64,000 nt of DNA. Source: Candidatus Spongiisociaceae bacterium (lineage in GTDB: Bacteria; Actinomycetota; Acidimicrobiia; Spongiisociales; Spongiisociaceae). Below are positions 39,667-49,563 of this stretch, piece by piece. A program made the translations under genes and the position numbers. The stretch is taken from NCBI GenBank assembly GCA_965219685.1, contig CBDCOH010000002.1, positions 992,001 to 1,056,000 on the forward strand, in the 5' to 3' direction. The notes under the pieces are model-generated. The model searched no databases. It saw nothing but the letters and a program-made list of their open reading frames with translations, and was not told where the DNA came from. The number at the start of each line of letters is the position of its first letter. Position 1 is the stretch's first letter.

Positions 39667-39802
39667 TGGTAAGTCTTGAGGGTATCCGACTACTGAGCTA
39701 GGACAGGACCACGGTGAGCCAGGTGGTAGCCGTTCACTGGCGCCTCGTGAAGATCTGGTCGGGTACCGCGGGCAGCCCCCTCGCTGTCTGCGGCGGTCCG
39801 GT

Positions 39803-39808
39803 TATACT
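39803..39808 (+). promoter_or_regulatory. Putative -10 box for tRNA
   Basis: TATACT ending 13 nt before the tRNA start; no clear -35. Confidence 0.45.
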
Positions 39809-39820
39809 CGGGCGCCGCCC

Positions 39821-39905
39821 GTCGGAGTGGCGGAATTGGTAGACGCGCTAGGTTGAGGGCCTAGTGCCCTAAAAGGGCGTGGAGGTTCGAGTCCTCTCTC
39901 CGACA
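39821..39905 (+). tRNA. tRNA-Leu(GAG), CCA not encoded
   Basis: Acceptor GTCGGAG/CTCCGAC, D-loop GGAATTGGTAGAC, anticodon arm CTAGG-TTGAGGG-CCTAG, long variable arm, GGTTCGAGTCC. Confidence 0.95.
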
Positions 39906-39910
39906 CCTCA

Positions 39911-39940
39911 TTCAGGTGCCAGGTGTTCAGGTGCCAGGTG
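39911..39940. repeat. (TTCAGGTGCCAGGTG)2 short tandem repeat, CAGGTG recurring every 7-8 bp
   Basis: Between tRNA and the convergent MBL gene. Confidence 0.7.
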
Positions 39941-39959
39941 CTGTCACATTCCGGCCGAC

Positions 39960-40589
39960 TCAGGTCACTCCCAGATCCGCTATCCGGTCGAGCACGCCTT
40001 GGCGCTCGGCCCCGATGGTGGTGCTGGCGCCATGGCCGGTGTGGACGACGGTCTCGTCGGGCAGCGTCAGCAGAAAGTCCCGGATGCTGCGCAGAATGGT
40101 GGGCTTGTCGCTGAAGCTGCGTCCGGTTGCCCCCGGACCTCCGTTGAACAGGGTGTCACCCGAGAACACCAGACCGCTCGCCTCGTCGAGGAAACAGCAC
40201 GAACCCGGAGAGTGACCAGGAGTGTGGATCACCCCTAGTTCGTGCCCCGCCACTTTCAGGGTGGTCCCGTTCGCCAGGTCTCGGTCCGGCTCGGTGTCGG
40301 AGTAGACCATGTCCCATAGCATCCGGTCGTCCGGGTGCAGCATGATCGGCGCGTCCACGACATCGCGCAGCGGCACCGCCGAGTCGATGTGGTCGTTGTG
40401 GCCGTGGGTGAGCACGATGGCTTCCACCCTGCGGCCGGCGACCGCCTCGACGATGGGGGCGTGGTCGTGACCCGCGTCGAACACGAGCACCTCCCGGTCG
40501 TCACCCACTAGCCAGACGTTGTTGGTCACCGCCCACTCGCCTCCGTCGAGGCGAAAGAACCCCTCGGTCGTCACCAGTTCCAGCGGCAT
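39960..40589 (-). CDS. MBL-fold metallo-hydrolase (partner of mycothiol formaldehyde dehydrogenase)
   Basis: THGHNDH, HTPGHSPG, SGDTLF, HTGHG. Confidence 0.9.
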   Translation of the reverse strand: MPLELVTTEGFFRLDGGEWAVTNNVWLVGDDREVLVFDAGHDHAPIVEAVAGRRVEAIVLTHGHNDHIDSAVPLRDVVDAPIMLHPDDRMLWDMVYSDTEPDRDLANGTTLKVAGHELGVIHTPGHSPGSCCFLDEASGLVFSGDTLFNGGPGATGRSFSDKPTILRSIRDFLLTLPDETVVHTGHGASTTIGAERQGVLDRIADLGVT

Positions 40590-40604
40590 GAGCCCGTCCC
40601 CCGA

Positions 40605-41690
40605 TCAGATGACGACCACGGAACGGAGCACCTCGCCCCGCTCCATCTTGTGGAAGGCTTCCTCAACATCTCCGAGCCCGATCGTCTCCGAGACGAAACG
40701 GTCGAGATCGAGCCGGCCCTGCAGGTACAGGTCGATCAGCATCGGGAAGTCCCGCGAGGGCAGGCAGTCGCCGTACCAACTCGACTTGAGGGCGCCGCCG
40801 CGCCCGAAGACCTCGAGGAAGGGAAGCTCGATGGTCATGTCGGGGGTGGGCACGCCGACCAGCACGACGGTTCCGGCCAGGTCCCGGGCCTCGAAGGCCT
40901 GGCGGTAGACATGCGGCAGGCCGATCGCCTCGATGGCCACGTCCACGCCGTTGCCACCGGTCAGGCTCTTGATCTTCTCCACGGGGTCCTCGTCGTTGGA
41001 GTTGATCGTGTGGGTGGCGCCGAAGTCACGGGCCCACTCCAGCTTGCGGTCGTCGATGTCCACGCCGATGATCGTGGTCGCGCCGGCCAGTTTCGACCCG
41101 ACGATGGCGCCGTCGCCGACGCCACCGCATCCGAACACGGCAACGCTGTCCCCGCGACCCACTCCCCCGGTGTTGACCGCCGATCCGATCCCGGCCATCA
41201 CACCGCATCCCAGCAGCCCGGCCACCGTCGCGGAAGCGGCCGGATCCACCTTCGTGCACTGGCCTGCGGCCACCAGGGTCGCCTCGGCGAAGGCTCCGAT
41301 CCCCAGGGCGGCCGACAGTTCGGTGCCGTCCTCCAAGGTCATCTTCTGGGCGGCGTTGTGGGTGCTGAAGCAGATGTTCGGCTTGCCCTTGAGGCACGAA
41401 CGGCATTGGCCGCACACGGCTCTCCAGTTGAGGATCACGAAGTCGCCGGGAGCCACCTCGGTGACGCCCGGACCCACCGCGTCCACTACACCGGCGGCCT
41501 CGTGGCCGAGGAAGAAGGGATAGTCGTTGCTGATCCCCCCCTCCCGGTAGTGGAGGTCCGTGTGACAAACTCCGCAGGCTTGGATCGCCACCACCGCCTC
41601 ACCCGGTCCGGGATCGGGGATGACGATATTCTCCATCGTGACGGGCTCACCCACCGCCATTGACACCACACCCTGTACGGTCCGCGACAT
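40605..41690 (-). CDS. mscR: S-(hydroxymethyl)mycothiol dehydrogenase / S-nitrosomycothiol reductase
   Basis: [48 protein letters not shown]; adjacent MBL gene. Confidence 0.88.
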   Translation of the reverse strand: MSRTVQGVVSMAVGEPVTMENIVIPDPGPGEAVVAIQACGVCHTDLHYREGGISNDYPFFLGHEAAGVVDAVGPGVTEVAPGDFVILNWRAVCGQCRSCLKGKPNICFSTHNAAQKMTLEDGTELSAALGIGAFAEATLVAAGQCTKVDPAASATVAGLLGCGVMAGIGSAVNTGGVGRGDSVAVFGCGGVGDGAIVGSKLAGATTIIGVDIDDRKLEWARDFGATHTINSNDEDPVEKIKSLTGGNGVDVAIEAIGLPHVYRQAFEARDLAGTVVLVGVPTPDMTIELPFLEVFGRGGALKSSWYGDCLPSRDFPMLIDLYLQGRLDLDRFVSETIGLGDVEEAFHKMERGEVLRSVVVI

Positions 41691-41760
41691 CTCCATCTCC
41701 TGTTGTCGCTGTCTGAAGTGCGCCGCCGAGATCGATCCGGGCGGCGTACACAAGAATAGT

Positions 41761-42204
41761 TCAGTGGTCAGGCCGGTCGCTAAGGGAGACCGGAAAAGCC
41801 GCGGCGAGGAGGTCGCTGTCCGGTCGTACTGGGCGGAGTCCTCCCCTGAGGCTGACCGTCGGCTGCCTCATCAGAGTCTGCTTTAGGGGGTCGACTTCGA
41901 TGCCCATCGACTCCAGAGCGGTCACGCCGAGAAGAGGTTCGGCGTCCGCATCGCCGAAGATGATCGTCGCTCCGACGAATATGTCCATGAGTTCGACGCG
42001 GCCGACCGTGACATCCATCGTGATGCTGGTGCCGTCGGCGAGACTGTAGACCCGCTGTCCTTCGGGCTTCAGGCCGATAGCCTCGAGATGGCGACGCGGG
42101 ACGAGGCAGTCGATGGCGCCGGTGTCGACGAGGAAAGTTCCCTCCCAGACCTGATCGGGTTCGGCCGGATTCCGTATCGCGGCGATGGTGCGGATGAGTC
42201 CCAT
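41761..42204 (-). CDS. Clan AA (retropepsin-like) aspartic protease
   Basis: [21 protein letters not shown]. Confidence 0.85.
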   Translation of the reverse strand: MGLIRTIAAIRNPAEPDQVWEGTFLVDTGAIDCLVPRRHLEAIGLKPEGQRVYSLADGTSITMDVTVGRVELMDIFVGATIIFGDADAEPLLGVTALESMGIEVDPLKQTLMRQPTVSLRGGLRPVRPDSDLLAAAFPVSLSDRPDH

Positions 42205-42345
42205 CAGGGTCCCCTTAGATCGTAGATAAGATATTCTACACTAGTCAGCATGTGTTGCTGTGCAAACACAGCGATCGTGTCCAAGAGACGAGCAGACGAT
42301 CCAACCGGAGGGGAACGGTCAGTGGTCAGTGGACGACGATCCTGT

Positions 42346-42401
42346 CACCATTCACCATTCACCATTCACCATTCACCATTCACCATTCACCATTCACCAT
42401 T
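42346..42401. repeat. Heptamer array (CACCATT)8 directly after the livF-like stop
   Basis: Read directly; a partly complementary GGTCAGTGGTCAGTGG lies at 42317-42332. Confidence 0.95.
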
Positions 42402-42402
42402 C

Positions 42403-43146
42403 TCAGCGGGTTCCCAGGAATGCTCGCCTGACCTCGGGGTCGGCGAGGAGTTCTTCGGCGGGACCCTCGTAGCTGTTTCGGCCCATCTCCAGCACGTAGC
42501 CACGGTGGCTGGCTTGGAGTCCCTGGCGGGCGTTCTGCTCGATCATCAGCACCGTCAGGCCGGTTTCGTGGTTCAACTGCCGGATGGCCTCGAAGACCTG
42601 GCGCGTGACGATCGGCGCCAGACCCGCCGAGGGTTCGTCCATCAGGACTATGCGGGGATCGTGCATCAGGGAGCGGCCGATCTCGAGCATGCGCTGCTCC
42701 CCTCCCGACATGGTTCCGGCGACCTGCCGGTTGCGCCGGGCGAGCCGCGGGAACAGGCCGTACACGTAGTCGATCCGCTCTCGGATCCTGGCCTTGTCGC
42801 GTTCCAGGTACATCCCGAGTTCCAGATTCTCGTGGACCGTCATCTGAGGGAAGACGCTGCGGAGCTGGGGAACCATGGCCATCCGCGCCGTGCGCAACGC
42901 ATCCTGGGGAGCGATGTTGGTGATGTCCACGCCGTCGCAGAGCACTCGTCCCGAGCGCACCTCCGCCAGACCGTAAACGGCTCTGAACACCGTGGACTTG
43001 CCGGCGCCGTTGGGTCCGATGACACAGACGATCTCTCCTTCGGCCACTTCGAGGTCGATTTGGTGGACGACGTTGTGGCCCGTGTAGTAGCCGGCGCTCA
43101 TGTCGAGGACCTCGAGAAGCGGCCGCTCAGTTCCGGTGAGCGCCAC
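42403..43146 (-). CDS. Branched-chain amino acid-type ABC ATPase (LivF-like)
   Basis: GPNGAGKS, MSGGEQRM, MDEPSAGLAP, IEQNA. Confidence 0.9.
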   Translation of the reverse strand: MALTGTERPLLEVLDMSAGYYTGHNVVHQIDLEVAEGEIVCVIGPNGAGKSTVFRAVYGLAEVRSGRVLCDGVDITNIAPQDALRTARMAMVPQLRSVFPQMTVHENLELGMYLERDKARIRERIDYVYGLFPRLARRNRQVAGTMSGGEQRMLEIGRSLMHDPRIVLMDEPSAGLAPIVTRQVFEAIRQLNHETGLTVLMIEQNARQGLQASHRGYVLEMGRNSYEGPAEELLADPEVRRAFLGTR

Positions 43147-43892
43147 TACTCCCCCTCCGCCCCGAAGTAGGCCTCGATCACGGCCGGGTCCTCCATGACC
43201 TGGCGCGGGGTACCCTCGGCCAGCTTGGCGCCGCGATCGAGAACCACCACTCGGTGGCACAACTCCGCCACGAACTGCACGTTGTGCTCCACGAGAAGAA
43301 TGGCCACTCCTTTCGAGTTGACCTCCCGCAGGCGATCGGCGATCTCGACGACCAGGGCAGGATTGACACCCGACGTGGCCTCGTCCAGTAGCACCAACTT
43401 CGGTTCGCTCATCAGGGCCATCCCGATCTCCAGGAGGCGGCGCTGGCCTCCTGACAGGGCGCCGGCGCGCTCGTGCCGGAGCCCGGCGAGCAACAGGAAC
43501 TCCAGCAGGGAGTCGACCCGCCGGCGGGCTGCCGGGTCCGTCCGGCCGAACAGGCCTGCCGGACCCACCCGCGCCCACTGGATGCTCAACTCCAGATTCT
43601 CGGTGACGGTCAGTTCTCGGTACACCCGTATCAGCTGGAAGGTGCGGGCCAGGCCCAGCCGGGCCACCTGGTGGGGCCGGTGCCCGGTGATGTCGACACC
43701 GTCGAACCTGATCGAACCGGAGTCGATGCTCGACACCCGGCTCAGGCAGTCGAACAGGGTGGTCTTCCCGCTGCCGTTGGGACCGATGAGCCCCACCATC
43801 TCGGCGGACCCGACGCTGATGTCCACCCGGTCCACCGCCGTCAGACCGCCGAACCGCTTCACGACGCCGCGGGCATCCAGCAACGCGGTCAT
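43146..43892 (-). CDS. Branched-chain amino acid-type ABC ATPase (LivG-like)
   Basis: KRFGGLTAV, GPNGSGKTT, ARTFQ, VEHN, VIEAYFG. Confidence 0.9.
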   Translation of the reverse strand: MTALLDARGVVKRFGGLTAVDRVDISVGSAEMVGLIGPNGSGKTTLFDCLSRVSSIDSGSIRFDGVDITGHRPHQVARLGLARTFQLIRVYRELTVTENLELSIQWARVGPAGLFGRTDPAARRRVDSLLEFLLLAGLRHERAGALSGGQRRLLEIGMALMSEPKLVLLDEATSGVNPALVVEIADRLREVNSKGVAILLVEHNVQFVAELCHRVVVLDRGAKLAEGTPRQVMEDPAVIEAYFGAEGE

Positions 43893-44959
43893 GGTTCCTC
43901 TTCCCCCTCATCCGGTTGCCCCTCATCCGGCTGGTTGCCCCGCCCGAGCCATCGCCGCCACATGGCGGTCACCGACGTGCCCCGCGGATCGAGGATCCCG
44001 ACCAGGCCCCTGGGGAGGAACAGGACTATTCCGACCAGCAACACTCCCTGCGCGATCAGGTGGTAGTCGAGCAGATGCGCCCATAGCAGTTCGCGCAGCC
44101 AGAACAGCGCGATGGTTCCCACCACCGGTCCGGCCACGGTACCGAGCCCTCCCAGCATGGTGCCCATCACCGCGTCGACCGTCCGGAGCTCGACGAAGGC
44201 GATGTCGGGGTCGACGAAGGTGTTCTGGTAGGCCCACAGTCCCCCGAACAACCCGGTTGAGAAGCCGGCGAAACTGAACACGGTCACCTTGAGGCGCGTC
44301 GTGTCGATCCCGCGCGTCTCCGCCCCGACCTCGTCCTCCCTGATTGCCACCAGGGCAGCCCCGAATCGCGTGCTCCGCAGCCACCAGGTGAATGCGACCA
44401 GCCCGGCCACGAGCGCCAACTCGACGTAGTAGAAGAGCGGCCGGTTGAGGTAGGGAGGCAGCGTCAGCCCCACCCCTCCTCCGGTCAGGCCGCCGGATAC
44501 CCGCACTATCTCCCGGACCGCCACAAAGGTACCGAGCATGGCGATCGAGAAGTACGGCCCCTTGAGGCGCATGGTCGCCCTCCCGATGGCCGCGGCCAGA
44601 GCGCCGGCCACCACCGCACCGATGACGATGGCGGGCGGAGCCGCCCAGCCGATCTGCGGGCCGTTGGTCTGCAGCGACATGAGCATTGCGGTGGTGTAAG
44701 CGCCGATCCCGAACCAGGCGGCGTGCCCGAAGTCGACGTAGCCCGTGAACCCGCCGGTGAGATTCCAGTTCACGGCCACGGCGACCGAGGTGAGCATCAG
44801 GGTCAGGGTGAACAGTGTCGCGTCGCCGACACCCGGCAGGGTCGGCAACAACGCGAGCACGACGAGTAACCCGAGCGAGACCCTGACGAGGAAGCGTCGG
44901 GGACGAGGGCCTTGGAGCCGGGATGCGCGGGAAGGCCTGTCGGCGGTTACGGGTCTCAT
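43889..44959 (-). CDS. Branched-chain amino acid-type ABC permease (LivM-like)
   Basis: WNLTGGFTGYVDFGHAAWFGIGAY, RLKGPYF, AIREDE, GGLGTVAGP. Confidence 0.9.
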   Translation of the reverse strand: MRPVTADRPSRASRLQGPRPRRFLVRVSLGLLVVLALLPTLPGVGDATLFTLTLMLTSVAVAVNWNLTGGFTGYVDFGHAAWFGIGAYTTAMLMSLQTNGPQIGWAAPPAIVIGAVVAGALAAAIGRATMRLKGPYFSIAMLGTFVAVREIVRVSGGLTGGGVGLTLPPYLNRPLFYYVELALVAGLVAFTWWLRSTRFGAALVAIREDEVGAETRGIDTTRLKVTVFSFAGFSTGLFGGLWAYQNTFVDPDIAFVELRTVDAVMGTMLGGLGTVAGPVVGTIALFWLRELLWAHLLDYHLIAQGVLLVGIVLFLPRGLVGILDPRGTSVTAMWRRWLGRGNQPDEGQPDEGEEEP

Positions 44960-45020
44960 GAACTCTCTGCGCGGCTGCCGGACGCGAGGCGTGAGGGGCC
45001 GTTAGGACGGCAGTTCCTGA

Positions 45021-47207
45021 TCATGTCGCGGTCGCGTCCACGGGCCGGAGGCCTTTGAAGAGGCCCTGGGGCCGGACCACCAGCGCAACGACGAGCAGCA
45101 CGAACGAAGCCACGACCGCCAGGTTTGTGCCTATCTGGGGGATGTAGAGGGCCAGTCCCGCCTCGACGAGGCCGAGCACCATGGCGCCGCCGAGGGCGCC
45201 CCTGACCGAGCCGAGTCCCGCCATGGCGGTTATGGCGAAGGCCTTGAGCGTCAGGGGCGGACCCTGGAAGGGTTGTACAGCCAGCACCGGGCTTATGAGA
45301 GCACCGGCCACGCCGGTGATGCCGATGCAGATGGCGAACGTCGCCGCGTATACCTTGGCGACGTCGATGCCGACGATCCGTGCCGCCTCCCGGTTCTGGG
45401 CGGCGGCCCGGATACTCTTCCCCAGCCTGCTCCGAGAAAGGAACAGGCTCAGGCCACCCGCCACCGCCAGCGCCACGACCAGGATCCAGAAGCGGGTGAC
45501 GGGCACCGTCACCTCTCCTGCGACGGGCCAGACGCCGTCGAGGACCGTGTCGGCACGCCGGAAGTCCGCCGAGAACACAACCTTCATGACGTTCTGCAGG
45601 ATGATCGCCACCGCGAACATGACTAGCAGCGAGACGAGGTGGGGCCGGTCGATCACGCGGTTGACGAGCAGGCGTTGCGTCCCGAAACCGAGCAGCATCA
45701 TCAGCAGGAACACCGCGGGGACGGTCACGAACGGGTCCACTCCCCAGACGTCGTTGGCGAGCCAGGCCATGTAGGCGCCGATCATCACGAACTCGCCGTG
45801 GGCGAAGTTGATGACCCCCATCACCCCCCAGATGATCGAGAATCCCAGCACGAGAAGGGTGTACATACCGCCGAGGGCGATGCCGTTGACGAGCATCTGC
45901 GCGGCCTTCTTGCCGGTGGAGGCTGGCCCTCCCCCGCTGGAACCGGCAAGGGGATAGATCAGATCGGCTACTGCCGCCTCGTCGGGCGCCACCACTCGGA
46001 TCAGCCCGTCCTGCACCTGGACGGTGCCCATCGGCTTGGCCGCGTTGACGCCGCGCCGGTCGAACGAGATAGGCCCGTAGAACGTGTCTTTCTCCAGTGC
46101 GTAGAGGGCTTCGCGGACCGCGTCGGTGTCGGTGGTCCCGGCGGTCTCGATAGCCAGGTGAAGCGCGAGGGCCGAGGCAGTGGCGCTGGCGGCCTGGTAC
46201 ACGGGCGGATCTCCCCAGAGGCTCTCGTAGTAGGCCGCGTAGTCCGACGCGGTACCGAAGTACGGTCCCTCGTAGGCCATCACCGGTTCCCACTGGGTGG
46301 GACCCAGGACACCGTCCACGTCCTCGCCGAGTTCGTCGATCAGCTTGGGGTTGGACGGTCCCACCGTGATGAGCATCCCGTCCGGAGCGAATCCGAGTTC
46401 CTTGGCTGCGTTGACGAACAGGACCGCATCGTTGTAGTGGCCGCCGCCCACGAAGATGTCGGGGTCCAGGTCGCGGAACTTGGTCATGATCGCCGAGGCA
46501 TCCTGGATGTCCTTGGGGTAGGTCTCCATCGACAAGACCTCGATGCCGGCGGCTTCCATGTGCCGTCGGGCCCCGTTGGCGACCGCGGTTGGGAAGGAGG
46601 TGTCCTCGTAGGCGATCACCGCGGTGCGCGCACCCCGGACAGCTAGGGCCTCGACGGCTGACTTGGTGTAGTCGCTGGCGATGGTGGCTACCAGGAAGAG
46701 GTTGCGGAAGCCGCGCTCGAACATCGTGTCGGAGGTTCCGTTTCCTTCCACCATGATTACGTTGTTGGCCTCGGCGATGGCGCTGGCGCCGGTGGTCAGA
46801 CCGCTCGAGTAGGGGCCGAGCAGGAAGTCGACCCCGTCCTCGTCGATCAGCTTCTGCACCAGGTTGGCAGCCGTGTCGGCGTCGGACTCGTCGTCGTAGT
46901 AGACGATCTCGGCGGCGAACCGGCGGCCGCCGATGTCGATGCCGCCGTACTCCTCGTTGACCCACCGAACCCAGGTGTCGTAGCCCTGGCGGGAGTCCCG
47001 TCCCTCCACGGCGAACTTCCCGGTCTCGCTGAGCGCGGCGCCCAAGCGCACCGTGCCCGCGAAGCCTTGGTCTCCTCCGGCCACGCCCGCGTCGTCAGGC
47101 CTGGTATCAGATTGCCTATCGCTCCCGGCACAACCCACAAGGATCAGCGACAGCACGGCTAACGCGGCCCACCGGCTCAGCATCGGTCCTGGTCGAAATG
47201 AATCCAT
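45021..47207 (-). CDS. Fused LivK-like binding lipoprotein + LivH-like permease
   Basis: Lipobox LVGC, YYDDES, LLGPYSSG; then QMLVNGIALGG..GVMGVINFAHGE; one 728-aa frame. Confidence 0.85.
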   Translation of the reverse strand: MDSFRPGPMLSRWAALAVLSLILVGCAGSDRQSDTRPDDAGVAGGDQGFAGTVRLGAALSETGKFAVEGRDSRQGYDTWVRWVNEEYGGIDIGGRRFAAEIVYYDDESDADTAANLVQKLIDEDGVDFLLGPYSSGLTTGASAIAEANNVIMVEGNGTSDTMFERGFRNLFLVATIASDYTKSAVEALAVRGARTAVIAYEDTSFPTAVANGARRHMEAAGIEVLSMETYPKDIQDASAIMTKFRDLDPDIFVGGGHYNDAVLFVNAAKELGFAPDGMLITVGPSNPKLIDELGEDVDGVLGPTQWEPVMAYEGPYFGTASDYAAYYESLWGDPPVYQAASATASALALHLAIETAGTTDTDAVREALYALEKDTFYGPISFDRRGVNAAKPMGTVQVQDGLIRVVAPDEAAVADLIYPLAGSSGGGPASTGKKAAQMLVNGIALGGMYTLLVLGFSIIWGVMGVINFAHGEFVMIGAYMAWLANDVWGVDPFVTVPAVFLLMMLLGFGTQRLLVNRVIDRPHLVSLLVMFAVAIILQNVMKVVFSADFRRADTVLDGVWPVAGEVTVPVTRFWILVVALAVAGGLSLFLSRSRLGKSIRAAAQNREAARIVGIDVAKVYAATFAICIGITGVAGALISPVLAVQPFQGPPLTLKAFAITAMAGLGSVRGALGGAMVLGLVEAGLALYIPQIGTNLAVVASFVLLVVALVVRPQGLFKGLRPVDATAT

Positions 47208-47291
47208 CGCAGAGAGAGAATTCCCGGGGATAACTCGGCGCCCACGGTAGTCGCTAGCTGCGCGAGGGATGGTCCGCGCCCATCCGGACGG

Positions 47292-48851
47292 TCACGCCCC
47301 GGTGAGTCTCCAGACTTCGGTTCGGGGATGGAACTGGCTCCATGCGAACCAGAAAGCCTCGTGGGAGGGTATCTCGACGCCGTCCGGTCCCCAGGAACGC
47401 AGGCCGCCGCCGTCCCTGGTCACCACGATGCCCGCATGTTCGACCGGTTCACCTCGCTGCAGGGTCGCGTGGGTCTCGCCGACGGGGAAGGCAACCACGG
47501 TGGGCGTCGCTCCTCCCTCGAACAGGACGCCCAGCACCTTCTCCTGGATCGGGAGGCGGTCATCCCAGGGCCCTATCGGGAAGATCGGCCCCTGGTCGTC
47601 CCTACCCCTGAGCGGATCCGCCGGGTAGGACCGACCGATCCCGCCGTCCTCGGCAACGATGAGAGTGTGAGGGTTGGCCTCCTTCCAATCGCCCCACCGG
47701 GAGGCCACCATGGTGGTCTGGGGTAGCCGGACACCAGCCTCGCGCAGGGGCCCGCTGACCGCCTGGCCGGTGAAGGTGTCGAACATGGAACGCGTGTGGT
47801 ATTCGTACATCATCTTGTTGGAGCGCGACAGGAGCCCGGAGGTGCGGAGCTCGAAGGTCTCGGCCTCTCCTAGCCGGTCGAGGACCGGATCGGGCACCTC
47901 GTCTGTGAAGTAGGCCTGGGCGGAGCCGCACAGGGTGCAGTAAGGGATGCCCAGCCGCCTGCCTCCGATGGTGATGTTGACCATCTCGTGGACTTCCATC
48001 ATGTTCTTGGGGAAGGCAACCGCCTCCCCGTTGACGGTCACCGCGAACACGTACGCGTCGTCGGGGTAGTAATCCCCCTCCGAGGCGGGCACGAGGCGGG
48101 GATCGTCGAGGGCCGGAATGCAGCCGCGGGGACAGGGTAGATGAACCTCGTCGAGCGGGCGGTCGTCGATGAGCACCCCACCCCATGTGACGTGACGCCA
48201 GTCGATGAGAGAGTCCTCGTCGGCGAAGAACGGCGCCCAGCCCGGCTCGATCAGGGTGTACATTCCACCCTTCCACTCGGCAAAACCGGGCGGTGCAGGC
48301 GTGTCCCACGTGATCAGCTGGTTGGTGGCGTCGAGCCACGGGTTCCAGCCGAGATCGATGCCTGTGAGGTCGGTGAAGGCGAAGCGGAGGCCCGACGCGT
48401 CGGGGTTGATGAAGCGCATGAGATCCGCGATCACCCAGCCGAGCCGCAGGTCACCGGACCGGCTGAGCCGGGCGACCGCATCGGTGTCCAGGCCGGTCGT
48501 AAGGGAGTCGAGCACGGCTTGGAGATCGGCTTCGATGTCCACCGCCGCAGGATCCTCCGCCCGGGTGGCAGGCGGTTGCTCGCTGGAGGTCGTGGGTGGC
48601 GAAGCGGCGCCGGCGGGGGTGTCGTCCGGCGCAGTGGTGGTCGGGCGGTCATCGGCCGGTTCCGTCGGGCCGGTCGTTTCGGAAGCTGCCGGCGGTTCGG
48701 CATCCGTTGCCGCCTCTGTTTCGTCACGCGGTGACTCCGCGGACAGGAAGGCGACCAGAACGGCGAAGCCCACCAGCATCGCGAGGCCGATCAGGAGCGC
48801 TCGCCGGCGTCCTCCTCCCCCGCCGGCGGATTCTTCATGCGGATCGGTCAT
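47292..48851 (-). CDS. DUF3179-domain membrane-anchored protein
   Basis: IPALDDP, HEMVN, YCTLCGS, TSGLL..SNK.MY, FWFAWSQFHP. Confidence 0.8.
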   Translation of the reverse strand: MTDPHEESAGGGGGRRRALLIGLAMLVGFAVLVAFLSAESPRDETEAATDAEPPAASETTGPTEPADDRPTTTAPDDTPAGAASPPTTSSEQPPATRAEDPAAVDIEADLQAVLDSLTTGLDTDAVARLSRSGDLRLGWVIADLMRFINPDASGLRFAFTDLTGIDLGWNPWLDATNQLITWDTPAPPGFAEWKGGMYTLIEPGWAPFFADEDSLIDWRHVTWGGVLIDDRPLDEVHLPCPRGCIPALDDPRLVPASEGDYYPDDAYVFAVTVNGEAVAFPKNMMEVHEMVNITIGGRRLGIPYCTLCGSAQAYFTDEVPDPVLDRLGEAETFELRTSGLLSRSNKMMYEYHTRSMFDTFTGQAVSGPLREAGVRLPQTTMVASRWGDWKEANPHTLIVAEDGGIGRSYPADPLRGRDDQGPIFPIGPWDDRLPIQEKVLGVLFEGGATPTVVAFPVGETHATLQRGEPVEHAGIVVTRDGGGLRSWGPDGVEIPSHEAFWFAWSQFHPRTEVWRLTGA

Positions 48852-48899
48852 CCGCCGGTCCGCCGACCCGTTCCCACCTGGCGCCGGTGGATCCGAGGT

Positions 48900-49139
48900 T
48901 CAGCGGCCAAGCAGTATGGCGAGGCTGATCGTCGTCAGACCGAACAGAACCGCCACGACCACAGTTATGCGGTCGAGATTCCGCTCGGCCAGGGTCGATC
49001 CCCCCATCCCGCCGGCCTGCATGCCCCCGCCGAACATGTCCCCGAGCCCCCCCTTGCCGGAGTGCAGCAGGATCAGGAAGATCAGGGCGACGGCCATGAT
49101 CAGATGGACGATCGTAAGGATCGCGGTTGCGATAGTCAT
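48900..49139 (-). CDS. secG: Preprotein translocase subunit SecG
   Basis: ILLHSGKGGLGDMFGGG...AERNLDRIT; two transmembrane segments; near tpiA. Confidence 0.93.
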   Translation of the reverse strand: MTIATAILTIVHLIMAVALIFLILLHSGKGGLGDMFGGGMQAGGMGGSTLAERNLDRITVVVAVLFGLTTISLAILLGR

Positions 49140-49142
49140 TGA

Positions 49143-49177
49143 GTAGTTCCTAGTTGGTAGTTGGTAGTTGGTAGTCA
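49143..49177. repeat. Heptamer array (GTAGTTG-like)5, one arm around the four-helix-bundle gene
   Basis: GTAGTTC CTAGTTG GTAGTTG GTAGTTG GTAGTCA. Confidence 0.9.
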
Positions 49178-49525
49178 GCGAAGTGCTCGCTTGAGCCCGG
49201 TCAGCATCTTACCAACCTCGTCGCTACAGACCAGGGCATGCTCGATCTCCTCGTCCTTAGCCATTCCCAGACGGACCGCCAGGATCAGAAAGGTTTCGGT
49301 CTCCGCTAGCGATCCGCTTGCGATCCCTAGAAACTGCCGGAACTCCCTGGTACCGCGCCGTGCCGCCCCTTCGGCGATGTTCGCCGCGATCGAGCACGCA
49401 GACCGGCGCACCTGCACCGTCATCCCGTACTCCTCCGAAGATGGGAACCGGGCCGAAAGCTGATACACCATCTCAGCAAGATCGAGCGACTTCCGCCAGA
49501 CCGCCAAATCCTGATAACTACCCAT
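49175..49525 (-). CDS. Four-helix-bundle protein (23S rRNA IVP / bAvd-like family)
   Basis: YQDLAVW, FPSSEEYGMTVQVRRSACSIAANIAEG, FLGIASGSLAE. Confidence 0.92.
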   Translation of the reverse strand: MGSYQDLAVWRKSLDLAEMVYQLSARFPSSEEYGMTVQVRRSACSIAANIAEGAARRGTREFRQFLGIASGSLAETETFLILAVRLGMAKDEEIEHALVCSDEVGKMLTGLKRALR

Positions 49526-49563
49526 GTCTGAGACTATAGGCATATGTAGATATTAGTTTGCAT

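Noticed and set aside
39821-39960. tRNA-Leu as an integration site for an island
   Set aside because: No integrase, and no duplicated tRNA 3' end was seen in the window.
42346-42401. Heptamer arrays as CRISPR
   Set aside because: No spacers, 7-bp unit, no cas genes in the window.
47292-48851. Selenoprotein form of DUF3179
   Set aside because: The frame is open with Cys codons (CTLC); no in-frame TGA.
49175-49525. Diversity-generating retroelement (Avd-like gene)
   Set aside because: No reverse transcriptase and no TR/VR pair with adenine-specific differences; the ~255-bp repeat pair differs at all base types and is intergenic.
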